Shown here in pieces: positions 1 to 43,374 of a stretch of 64,000 nt of DNA. The stretch comes from Amoebidium appalachense (Eukaryota > Protista > Ichthyosporea). The stretch's first letter is position 1. Each line of letters opens with the position of its first letter. Where the stretch lies: NCBI GenBank assembly GCA_963693365.1, contig CAVNZM010000009.1:7979408-8043407 (forward strand). Direction: 5' to 3'. The position numbers were made by a program, and so were the translations under genes. Below the pieces are notes generated by a model that saw only the letters and a list, made by a program, of their open reading frames with translations, was not told the origin of the DNA and made no database searches.

Positions 1-662
1 CCATCCTTAGCCCCCTCCCCTCCTTCACCACTCATACCTCCCCACACTAGTGTACCCCCTTTTCCTCTTCTCCCCCCCCCCCCCCCCCCCCCCCTTCCCC
101 CTAGGCTACACACAAAGGGCATACCCCCTGCCCCCCGGCCCTCCCCCCCACGCCCCCAATACCCCACTCCCCCTCCGGCCAAAAAAAAAATGTGATTAAC
201 GAGCTCTTATACCCCCCCTCCTCCTTCGACCCCCAACTCCTTCCGCCACCAGAACATAAATGGAAGGGTTTTTTTGTTTTTGTTTTTGTTTTGTTTTCCA
301 ACTGAGCCACCCACTCCATCTTTCACTCCGAGCATATATAGCAAATTATTGAGAGGCAGTTTTCTAACCCCCCCCCTCCCCCCTCTCTCCCCACCCCACC
401 CCATTAACTACTATGCCCCCTCCAGGAGTCCTCCCCCCCTCCCCCCTCCCCCCAATATCCTCCTCCTTCCGTCACCCCAGCATTATACACAGCGATTTTT
501 CGGCTCGTGCGACCTACCCCCTCCCCCCCGCCGTCGACAGTTACATCACAAGACAAAAGGAGGAGATATCATTAGAGATAAAGACGTGGGGATCGAATTT
601 CGCTGTGGTGCAGGGGAGAGGGAGAGGAAGAAAGGGAGTCTATCCAATGTAGCATGGAACCT

Positions 663-699
<37 letters not shown>

Positions 700-961
700 T
701 GTGTGTGTGTGCGTGTGTGCGTGACAGTGTGTATGTGTGTGTCAGTGTGTGTGTGCCTGCATGCGCGCATGTATGTGTGCCCGGTGTGCGTGTGTGTGCG
801 TGCGTGTGTGATTGTGTGTATAAATGTGTGTCTGTGCATGTTTTTGTGTGTGCATGACATTGTGTGTGACTGTGTAGGAGCGCATGTGTGTGTGTGTGTG
901 TGTAGGGTAAAGGCACATGTGTACATGTGTGTTTGGTGCCTTTTTTTTTTTTTTTTTTCTT

Positions 962-1004
<43 letters not shown>

Positions 1005-1170
1005 AGATTCGGTTGCCTGTTGCGGAAGTCTTGATCCGATGGCATGCGCCTATGGGTGAGAGTTTTTGGTTTTGTTGTGGTGCATGTGTGTTAGGCATTA
1101 CGGCACGACTTTTTTTTTTTCATTCATTTATTTCTTTATTAACTTATTTTATTTTTTATTTATTGTTATC

Positions 1171-1213
<43 letters not shown>

Positions 1214-1335
1214 AGAGGGGGGGGGGGAGGGGGGGGGGGGGGGGGGGGGGGGTTTCAGCTGTACATAATGTGTTTGGCATTCCGTTGCACAACACTTTTT
1301 GTTCTATTTTGTGTCTGTGTGTGTGCGCGTGTTGT

Positions 1336-1373
<38 letters not shown>

Positions 1374-1578
1374 GGGCACTGGAGGGGGCTGACTCCACAA
1401 TGTGAGCCGAAGGGGCTCCACGGGGACTTAGAGGGATGATTCATTCCTGCCAATGGCAGTGATGCGTGATTAATAAGTTGAGACAAAAGGAAACTTGGGG
1501 TGAAGAATGCAGTAGTTGTGGTGTCTTTGAAAAGAAGTAGCCCGTTGTTCGTGGTGTGGTGGGTGGGTGTGAGTGTGT

Positions 1579-1628
<50 letters not shown>

Positions 1629-1949
1629 GGGCTCGGAGGTGTGGGGAAGGGAGGGGATGGTAAGATATCGATGTGCTCGGAGATTCGGGGTGTGTACGAG
1701 TATATGTAGGGGTGCATGTGAGCACTTCTGACGAGCACTTTGCTTTGGCAAGGCGCGTCCACCTTGAAACTTATGCTGCTTCACACGTGTGTACACGTGT
1801 GCTTTTTTCAAGCGGTTGTCAAAATCCCGACAATGTGCATAAGTGCGCTTAATTTGTGTGTCACACACGGCATTATGTGCAGTTATATGCACGTGGGGAA
1901 GCCGGTGAACGGTATGGGTGGCCCAAATAGGATGGGGCCGGCGCTGGGG

Positions 1950-1997
<48 letters not shown>

Positions 1998-2656
1998 GGA
2001 ACCATGGCCACCAGTGGACGAAAAGAGCCTCGCTGCCAGTGCGCTATTTATTGAATCGTCTTGGGGATTATGATATCGAGGTTTTATGTAAGCCAATAGA
2101 AGCACTTAAATAATCGGAGTGTGTGCCTAGGGATTATGGTAGGTCACCGTGGGGAAACAATGCAGATAAGCTCGGGGTAGCTTCAGCCAGCAACCAAAGG
2201 TAATGTTCAACTTATTAGGGAAAAAAACAACCAAGCAAAACGAAGAGCCAACGTAGTGCCGGGAGAAACACAACGGCATATAGGCTTAATCATTCTCAGC
2301 ACAACACAAGACAACAAAGATCCTCAAATGGTTAGACTAACTATGCCTGGTCTTTATGATCTATACTGAGAGTTTTTATGTTTTGACCCGTGACTCCCCC
2401 CCCCCCCCCCCCCCCCCCTCCCTCCCCCCTCTCCCGCGTTGCTGTTCGTCGTGACCATGGAACAGCGAAGCTATGCTTATACGGTTATCATTACTATGGC
2501 ATTGTTGTAATTGGTTCAAATAATGGGGATTCTCAACCGTGTGCACACAATTCTCTTTCCCCCCGCCCCTCCCTCCCATCCCCCCCCCCCCCCCCCCCCC
2601 CCCCCGGCGCCCGCCGCCCCGCCCGCCCTTTCTCCCCCCTTCAGTCAATGAACGAC

Positions 2657-7038
<4,382 letters not shown>

Positions 7039-7118
7039 AGCTGTTGCGTCCTTGTGTGTTGCCTATATATGTTGCGTGATAAACTTTGAGCACTGAAGCT
7101 CTCGACAGACGAAAGCCC

Positions 7119-7185
7119 TTTTATATGGGGAGGGCAGCTTAGCTTACTCAGGCCCAGGGTCGGAGTGGAGCATAAGTTTGATTGG
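7119..7185 (-). promoter_or_regulatory. Putative core promoter of the dynamin gene (TATA-like box plus CCAAT box)
   Basis: Minus strand TATAAAA at 7125-7119 and CCAAT at 7185-7181, about 80 and 145 bp upstream of the ATG at 7038. Confidence 0.45.
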
Positions 7186-7444
7186 CTGATACTTCCGCTC
7201 GATATTGTGTTTAAAAAGTTCCTGATTGCAGCGGCGTGGCATATATTAAACATGATAATCACAACCAGTAGTTCTGCCACTAGCACTGGCAAAATGTACA
7301 TGTGTGGTTTATGTAAATGCTTTATTTTTTAGCTATGATATATATGTCCTCCGCGGGCAAGATCTGGTATAGATCAGTGACGATCATGACAAATCAACAA
7401 TCAGAGCCGCACCAAATTGTCAAGTTGGACTTGGCAAATTGTAG

Positions 7445-8472
7445 TGTACGGTCGGAACGATCGGCGGATATCCCGACACTCTCGGCGGTGCCGCGGTGTC
7501 GGTCAGTCTGGAGTCTGGAGTCAAGGGGATAGGATCATCATAGGGGGCCGGGGGATCATAGTCTCTCCATAGTTGATGGTAGCCAGAGTATAATTGGAAA
7601 GGTTCTGCAACCTCTAGACCCACCCGCCCACCCTACGTGACGGCAAACCGCCCCGCAACAACGTCAATTGACGCTTCAACACCAACGACCTTGTGCTAGA
7701 AGCCGCACGACAATGATCACGCATGATATGCATAGGGAACATTGCAACATTTTTCCATCGGGTCGGATGGTAAGGGTTGTGGGGTCTCGGGTCGGATGGT
7801 AAGGGTTTAGGGGGTCCAAGTCGATCGGGTACCCGGGTCCAGGTCGGGTACCCGATCGACTTGGACCCCCTAAACCCTTACCATCCGACCCGAGACCCCA
7901 CAACCCTTACCATCCGACCCGATGGAAAAATGTTGCAATGTTCCCTATGCATATCATACGCACCGACGTGATGCGTAACAATCCAATCAGAGCTCTCTCC
8001 GATAAGCTTCAGGGACGAAGCTTTCTCCCGTAAAGGATGTACGGTCGGACTTGAACGAATATCCGGATTGGCGGATATCCCGACACTCTTGATTATCCCA
8101 ACACCGCGGTCTGTCTTGATCCTTTATTTGGGTTTACACACTTTTTATTGCGTGGACACTGCCGGAGGCCCAGCCACATTCGACGGCCTACTGCGTTTTC
8201 CAGCGCAGCCAATCAAATGCAGCCAGTGACATATGTACATGCTAGGCAACAATGAGCGCCATCGTAGTATATGACACCGGGGGTTTACGCTGTTTACTCG
8301 AGGCAAAGAGAACCAGTCTCAGGTATGGGGGGGGGTTTTGCTCGGAATATCCCCTCAGCGGTATATCATGATCACGTACATAGATGTCGGGTGGTGACTA
8401 TATATCAGGGTTTACTTTCTCTACGAGACACCATAAAGACTACAAGGAGAAATCAATTAGTTGGGGTTCCCC

Positions 8473-8524
<52 letters not shown>

Positions 8525-8556
8525 GGGCTCCCCTCGGGACACTCGGTATCAGCTGG

Positions 8557-8625
<69 letters not shown>

Positions 8626-9151
8626 TGCGCTATAATTTTGTAGTGATGTGTTTCTCAAGCCAATCAATACATCTAATAAACAGGTCGTAGTTACGCGTGT
8701 TTAGTATAAAATCAAGGATGTTGTAATTTACAGGTAGGCTATCTTTCTGGGTGTCTGTTGTGAATGTGACGTGTGTGTGTTGCGGTATTATGTGGTCTAT
8801 CAAACTACATTTGGCGATACATGACCGGTTAAACTGGTGTGTGTGTATGACACCCCTATTACATATTATGGGTAAGCATAGGCTAGCATCGGTAGCTCCG
8901 ATCGCGAAAGAAAGTTAAGGCACCGAATCACAATATCATACTGTGCAGCATTAATAAGGTGATCTAGGATAGTCATCTTAAAACGGATATATTGAGGAAG
9001 AGAGGAAGAAAAGAGAATAAAACCGCCAATAACCTCCGGTTCTAATACGTTAGCTAACAGGTTGCACTTATTGATAGATATGCAGCCGCGAGCCGGGATA
9101 ATCAAGAGTGTCGGGATATCCGCCAATCCGGATATTCGTTCCGACCGTACA
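7445..9151. mobile_element. Non-autonomous TIR DNA transposon, Ginger-like (TGT..ACA ends, 4-bp TSD GTAG)
   Basis: Left end TGTACGGTCGGAACGA..GGCGGATATCCCGACACTCT (7445) is the inverted match of the right end 9094-9151 (..CCGACCGTACA). GTAG flanks both ends (7441-7444, 9152-9155). A second left-TIR copy lies at 8038-8099. No transposase ORF is recognisable. Confidence 0.75.
7723..7957. repeat. Perfect long inverted repeat (113-bp arms, 9-nt spacer)
   Basis: 7723-7835 is the reverse complement of 7845-7957, with spacer GGTCCAGGT. Each arm contains two copies of CGGGTCGGATGGTAAGGGTT. Confidence 0.95.
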
Positions 9152-9374
9152 GTAGCACCCTGCTGGTGCCCTATTGGAGGATCTGTATTTTGCGCGAGGG
9201 ATTTAGATTCCATAGATCTCTGGAGATCTTATGTGATATCTAGGCGGCGGTGTACCGTCTTCAACAACGCAACGAAGGGCAGCTGCTACAGTAAATGTGG
9301 ACATGTTGGGTGTTGTCTTTTTTTTTCAGTGGTGGCTTTTTTTTGTTGTTGTTGTTGGAGGAGGAGGAGGAGAA

Positions 9375-9417
<43 letters not shown>

Positions 9418-9422
9418 AGGGG

Positions 9423-9444
9423 AAAAAAAAAAAAAGAAAAAAAA
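9423..9444 (-). terminator. Oligo-T Pol III terminator downstream of the tRNA remnant
   Basis: T-run on the minus strand starting 5 nt after the discriminator base. Confidence 0.5.
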
Positions 9445-9449
9445 GACAA

Positions 9450-9503
9450 TACCAAATCGGGGTATCGAACCCCGGCCGCCACGGTGAGAGCGTGGGATGT
9501 GAT
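9450..9503 (-). pseudogene. 5'-truncated tRNA-Glu(CTC)
   Basis: Minus strand reads ATCACATC-CCACG-CT[CTC]AC-CGTGG-CGGC-CGGGG-TTCGATA-CCCCG-ATTTGGT-A. Anticodon and T arms pair perfectly and the B box is intact. The acceptor-stem 5' strand and A box are absent. Confidence 0.8.
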
Positions 9504-10171
9504 GGGTGCGACTCGCACATGCAAACACATTGTTAGTCAACGGTTTTCCATTCAGGCCCGTCTATCTCTATGCATACTACATAACTTTGAAAAATACACA
9601 CTGTCGAGTCCCAATCCACCAAACAAGTGCACCACATCAAGCGGAAGAGTTTACTCTCGATCACAGAAACTGTACCATCGAAGCTCCTCAACTGCCAGCA
9701 ACAAGAGATCTATTAAAGAAACATATTCGCATATACTAGCATATTTACAAAATTCATCACTGAATTGTCTTTACAACATACCTGATAGGTTTACCAGCCA
9801 TCCAGTTTCCTTCGTGTTTGGTACAAGTATGTAATATGCACAAGTTAAATGCTAAACAAAAACCTAGTGGAGCCACACATTCGTTCATTCATATAAAAAT
9901 TTGACATTTCAAACACCAAGCGGAGTAGTATCAAATCGTCATAAATAGAATAAACCTGACATAAAAACATAAATTTGGCATTTCACATGCCATGCAGAAC
10001 TATTAGTGTGTAGTATCAAATCAATCATAAATAATAAACCTGATTTAAGGGACTTAAAAAATAGAATAGGAATTCGAAGGGTAAACAAAACCTGCAAGTC
10101 TGCAAGCTGTGCATGCACACATCAGAAATGGTTTAACATCCACCCCAACAGATCAACAAAAGGGTAGAAAA

Positions 10172-10205
<34 letters not shown>

Positions 10206-10526
10206 TTCTCCGCGCCTTCCTCCTCCATATCCCTCCCCCACCTAATATTAGTCTCAAGTAACCTCTCCTTCTTGTCCCCCCCCCCCCCCCCCCAAAAAAA
10301 AAAAAAAAAAAAAAAAAACCCCTCCCCCCCCCCCCCCAAAAAAAAAAAAAAAAAAAAAAAAAAACCCCTCCCCCCCCCCCCCCAAAAAAAAAAAAAAAAA
10401 GACAATAAAAAATTCCACACACATCTTTCAGGTGGTGATCCCCCCCTCCCCCTCCCCACTCCTTCCTCCCCCCCCCCCCTCTCTCCCCCTCACCACCACT
10501 CCCCCCTCCCTCCCCGGGCTCTAGAT

Positions 10527-25081
<14,555 letters not shown>

Positions 25082-25124
25082 TTTGAACTATAACACCATT
25101 AGATGGCAAGTGCTCAGTAAGTTA

Positions 25125-25224
25125 TCATATCAGCTCTCTGTTTCTCATCATAGCTTGACTTGCGTCAATACCAATTCATATCAGCTCTCTGTTTCTCGTC
25201 ATAGCTTGACTTGCGTCAATACCA
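25125..25224. repeat. 51-bp tandem duplication just upstream of the UVSSA start codon
   Basis: 25125-25173 and 25176-25224 differ by one substitution. Each copy contains TTGCGTCAAT. Confidence 0.92.
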
Positions 25225-26229
25225 TCAGAAGGACCATGGGGCTGAAGACTGCATGTTGTCCCCTGCCAGCTCATGAGCTCAGTCTGCGTGAGTGGCAGTA
25301 GGCGACTGACCGTCTTTCGGACTTCAAGTTCTGCCCGAGATCCTGAGGGAGGGTGACGTAATCATTACCAAACACCAACCAAATCGTTCTACCTTATCAC
25401 GTTTCATCTGCCGGGTAACACGCCCTCCGGAGTATCACATTCGAATCTAAAGAGTACCTGCTTAATATCTATATTAGTAGGTTTTTCATTATGTGAACTA
25501 CACAGGGAAATATGCTGCAGCTCTATCGAACGGCACTCGAGGTCCCACCTTCACTGTGACGGTGTGAACGTCGCTGCAGGTACAACTCAGCAAAAAGGTG
25601 CCGTACTACCATGCATGACTGTGAGCCAATAATTTACATACTAAATAAACATATATAGGTACATTGACCATGCTATTGAATAAAGATCATGTGCGCGGGC
25701 TTATCCTATTCCCTGATTGGTCCTCTTTGCCCTTCTAGGCTACGAATTGAAACTAGTTGAGCTTACCTGATGGCTGCCTTCTGCCCCATATAATTTGCTC
25801 CAAGCTGCCTACAGCATCTTTGCCATAGAATGTGCAAAAAACAAATTTGTTTGACTTGGTTCTTGGTTTCCGCCTCTTTAGATATATCTATCATGCTTTA
25901 CGAGCGTACACTCCAGCGTCTAACTTATAAAGTTTCGACAGGACTCAATGAGCTCATACTTAGATAACCAATGAAATGACGTTATACTGCTTTTTGTGCA
26001 CATTTTGTTACATTCCCCATTTCAGGTTTCGCCGTTCCGCGGCGCCTGGCACCAGGCCCGCGGCCCCGCTGAGCCTGACAGGCTGACAGTGTCATGATGA
26101 GCTTTAGAGTCACACAGTAAAATGCGAACGATGAAGGCTTTGGAGTGTTAGTTATTTTAGCACTTGTAGCTTCACTTGGCGAATGTACATACGGGGGCCT
26201 TGCACTAAAAGCAACGTTTGCCCCTCAAA

Positions 26230-29627
<3,398 letters not shown>

Positions 29628-30042
29628 TTATTGGTGCTAATAATTGGTGCAACCACTGTACGCCTTTTTCAGGGACACATGTGCTTGTAAGGCTTTGGTT
29701 TACGTGTGTATGATGTGGGACGCCTGGGTCACCGTCTGTGTGCAAGCAACTTATTGATAAATATACATGTTAGATCTAGTATGGAGTTAGAATGTATTTT
29801 ATTGAGGATATAGATAGAGATTGAATATGTGAATTTACGCTTGCTCTAGTATATCAGAACTACTCCAATTTCTATGTTAGCATAATTGATCAAGAAATCA
29901 CGAGCCTGCATGGGCTGGACCCATGGATGAAATCAGACAGGCTGTGACACTCAAATACATCTCACCGTGCCTCTCCTCCCCCCCCCCCCCCCCCCCCCCC
30001 CGCCCCCCGCCCCGCCCTCGCTCCCCCTCTCCCCTCCCTCCC

Positions 30043-30082
<40 letters not shown>

Positions 30083-30592
30083 CCCCGCCCTCGCTCCCCC
30101 TCTCCCCTCCCCACTGACACCTTCCAACCAACACACAACAACGCAACGCGCGCAGGCAAGTGTTTACGAATACTCACTCGTAGCCCTGAATAATGACATA
30201 TATCCTTTACCTATAATCTGAGGTTTAATTGTGGCATGAAAGGTACAGAGAAAAAAGGATGCACACGTTTGGGCACATGTATCACATGGTATTACTCTAG
30301 CCGCTGAATGTTGGCCCGGGTTTTGGGTCCAGACTCTCGGACGTTCCAATCTTCAAGTCAGGGCTACGGTAGGGCTCGTAGACTCATGATCCAGTTTGAG
30401 CTCATTACATCTGATTTTAAAATTTTGGAAAGAATATAATAAAAAAGAAAATCATTGAATTTGAAATAATTTATTTATTCCACAGGGTATGGGTGTCCAC
30501 TAAGGTGATTTCACTCAGTAGGACCTTGGAGGCCCTGTCTCCTGCTTCGTAACTATATTCCCCCCTTGCCTCCGGCGAAGGGGGAGAGGGAG

Positions 30593-30634
<42 letters not shown>

Positions 30635-31216
30635 AGGGAGGGAGGAAGGGAAGGGGAGGGGGGGGGAGGAAGGGGGTGAAGAGAGAGAGAAGCGCACCTG
30701 TACAGTGGCTGCGCTCGAGGACGGGGTGAGATATTGTGCGGGGGGGGGAGGGGGGGGGGGGAGGGGGGGGGGGGGGGGGAGGGTTCCGAGAGTCATGAAG
30801 GGGCCCGGGGGGAGCCTTACGTAAGGAGAAGTCGAGGATGGGGTGAGCTCTAGGCCGAGGGGGGAGGGGGAGTAGTTGGGGGGGGGGGGGGGGGGGGATG
30901 ATGGGGGAGGGCCCACTTTGTCCATACATGCACACAGTATATGCATATTTTCAGATTCAGAGCCATGCAGATACGCATATACATATTACCAATATACCAC
31001 ATATGCCTTGCCAGTTGTGGACCGTCATCGGGATATCTATGTTTATGAACATCTATATTTCGACATCTCGATATGTAGGCCCATGTCGTGTCACCGGAGT
31101 GGCCGGAGCTGGGGCGGCCAATAAAGTGGTCGAGTTCATTATCCCCCTCCCCCCCCCCACATACAACACACACACACACACCACCATCATAACCACTGTA
31201 CAACCACCACCTCCTC

Positions 31217-31310
<94 letters not shown>

Positions 31311-31876
31311 GGCACACCGCACACGCACACGCACACGCACACGCACACGCACACGCACATGCTCATCCACCCACACCCACCACTGGTCGAAAATCAAGGC
31401 TGCTGGCAAACTTGAAGAAACATGATCTGCATTGCAGCACTTTCTTCTGGTTTATTCACAACCATGTTTATAATATTCAGTAGTACTGTACCTCGTATCA
31501 ACCTACTGTGCAGACACATTAATAAATCTCTGTCGCCCTCTAGCAGGCTACACATATGTGTGGAAACACCAACATAATTTAATGCAATCAATATCCCTAC
31601 TTTTTTTGTGTGTTTTATAAAAACTTTTTTCATATGAACTGAATATGTACCATACCATGAATAAATCAATATTTCCCCGTGCACATGTCCTATTGTGTAC
31701 ATTCACCCCTGTTCATTTTGCCTGCCAACTGATATAGAGTACAAGTGTCTGCAAACATTCTTCCATGCATGGAGTAGAAAATTAACGGAGTATATAGTAA
31801 CAAGAGCGTGGTGTGAGCCATACATGTACGTGAGAGTGCAAGTGTGTGCGCGTGTATGTGTGAGTGTATGTGTTTT

Positions 31877-31912
<36 letters not shown>

Positions 31913-32028
31913 TCTCCGCTATTATCGCAGTATCGCAGTCGTCTTGTGATTGTCAATGTTCTAAGTGTCCTTGTGCGCTAGTACGTTTCTGGCGGGTTCA
32001 CATTGCACAACATCCGGTGAAAAAAACA

Positions 32029-32067
<39 letters not shown>

Positions 32068-32081
32068 AAAAAAAAAAAATT

Positions 32082-41308
<9,227 letters not shown>

Positions 41309-42021
41309 TCTCCATAAAAGCTCTTTAGCACGCTGTGTGAAATCTAGGTTCCGTTTTCCCTACTACAACTTGCCCTTTTAGATGTAAATGTAGCCTACGT
41401 AGGAGTATAGTTGGTATAGCTGAGCCGTTGCTAAGTTTTCTTTCCAAGGCACGATTGCGGAAACTAGTATTTTTTTAGGAAAAATAAGAAGAAGAAGGGG
41501 GAGGAGTGGAGGAGGGTTACACGGAAAGAGAAGTTTTATTCCGGTCCAAAAAATTCATATGTTTTTTCAGAAAGCGAAAAGCATGTTCTCTCTGTGTTCC
41601 AAGTCAACACACAACTATTACTTCAGCTGTGATTCTATTTTTTTTGCACAGCCGATGCTGACGCAATCATTCTAGGGTACGCACTACGCAGTAGTATGAC
41701 TTATCAATCAACAGAATGGCAAACCATACGTTCGTCTTATCGTTAGGGACGCCATATCACTAACCCAAGCAATTCAACCCAGACCTTCAAAGAAAAAGAA
41801 TACATATTGAAATACGAATCCTTGGCTCAGGAAGGCTTATAGTTCTTTGAGCCCTCAGTGCGGTGGTATACGCGCACTACAATAAAACTATTATTCAAAG
41901 TATGTATCATCTCATATAACCTCAAAATCTCAGTTGAACACCCCCCCCCCCCCCCCCCCCCCCCCCCCGGGCAATACAATAAAACTATTATTCAAAGTAT
42001 GTATCATCTCATATAACCTCA

Positions 42022-42348
42022 TTGCTCCTTAAAGGGCTGACTTGCTTGCTGTGCCCCGGTAGGTTTTGAGGGGGGCCTGTTGGGGGGCAGCAGTAATGAT
42101 GTCTTCTTGCGGAGTGCGGCCTGGTCATCATCGCTGCATATGACTAGTTGGAGCAAACTAGTTTCACGGATACACGTGCACTTGTACCTTTGCCCGCTGG
42201 TGTCCTTTGGTCACTTGTTGTTTTATTTTTTATTTCATCGCTGTGGCTCTTTCGAAGTCAGTTATTTTGGTGGTCATGTAGCCTGTGGCTGCACGTTGCC
42301 TTCATAACCACTGGACCACTGATCAATAAATCCCAGTCAAGAGTAAAA
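42022..42348 (+). mobile_element. Short retroposon-like insertion with 11-bp TSD
   Basis: Flanked by ATATAACCTCA (42011-42021, 42349-42359) and ends with AATAAA..AAAA. The adjacent duplicate at 41878-41940 shows the empty site. Confidence 0.7.
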
Positions 42349-42689
42349 ATATAACCTCAAAATCTCAGTTGAAACCCCCCCTGGGGGGGATTAAGCACAC
42401 AAAAGAATTATAGAGTATATGGGGGGGGGGGGGGGGGCATTAAACACTCAGGGGGGGGGAGGGGGGGGGGGGTTAAACACACAAAAGATTTATAGAGTAA
42501 TATATAAATGCCCTGAAACAGAATATGGAACACTTTTAATACAGAGACATGTTAATTATAGAATATATATAAAAGGAACAATGGGAGCACAATTGCAAGC
42601 GTATAGCCTTTTGGTGAGATTATTTGGGGGGGGGGGGGGGGGGGGGAGGGGAAGGGGGGGGGGGGAGGGACCCCTTCTGTTTCCCCTCT

Positions 42690-42757
<68 letters not shown>

Positions 42758-43142
42758 TTTTTTTTTTTTTTTGGTTTGTTTTTGTTTTTGGGTTGTCGTT
42801 GGTTATGTTGTCACTTCTGTTGTTGTTTTTGAGTAGATCTAGAGAGACAGAGAAAAAGTGTGCGTGTTTTTTACTCATTGAGTGGTATCTAGAGATTTAT
42901 GCATATTAAATGTGTGTAATGTGTAAACTTTGCAAAAGCTAATGTTGGGGATGTGATTGGTGTAAGGAGTCTCAAGAAAACGGTTGATAACCTTTTTTTA
43001 TAGTGCTATGTTTTTTTTTTTTTGTTTTTTTTTTTATAAGTTTTTTTGGTGGTGTTGGGGGGGGGGGGGGGGGGGGGGGGGAAGACGCTTTGTTGTGAGT
43101 GTGTGTGTGTGTGGCACGGTGTGTCTACCTGTACTGTATGCC

Positions 43143-43194
<52 letters not shown>

Positions 43195-43294
43195 TGTGTG
43201 CGTGTGCGTGTATGTGCGTGTGTGTGCGTGTGTGTGCGTGTGTGCGTGTGTGCGCGCGCGCGCGTGTGTGTGTGTGTGTTCGTGCGCGCGCGCG

Positions 43295-43374
<80 letters not shown>

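Noticed and set aside
400-2400. Possible exons of another gene downstream of dynamin
   Set aside because: Short complex islands exist, but I could not build a phase-consistent, recognisable protein on either strand.
7411-7430. ACCAAATTGTCAAGTTGG as the missing 5' half of tRNA-Glu
   Set aside because: It is on the opposite strand, and its D-stem segment cannot pair with the remnant's ACAT.
7676-7971. Two near-identical ORFs on opposite strands
   Set aside because: A trivial consequence of the perfect palindrome.
7445-8099. LTR retrotransposon with two direct-repeat LTRs starting TGT
   Set aside because: The shared sequence is only ~40-60 bp and has an inverted partner at 9151. No PBS, PPT or gag/pol sequence is visible.
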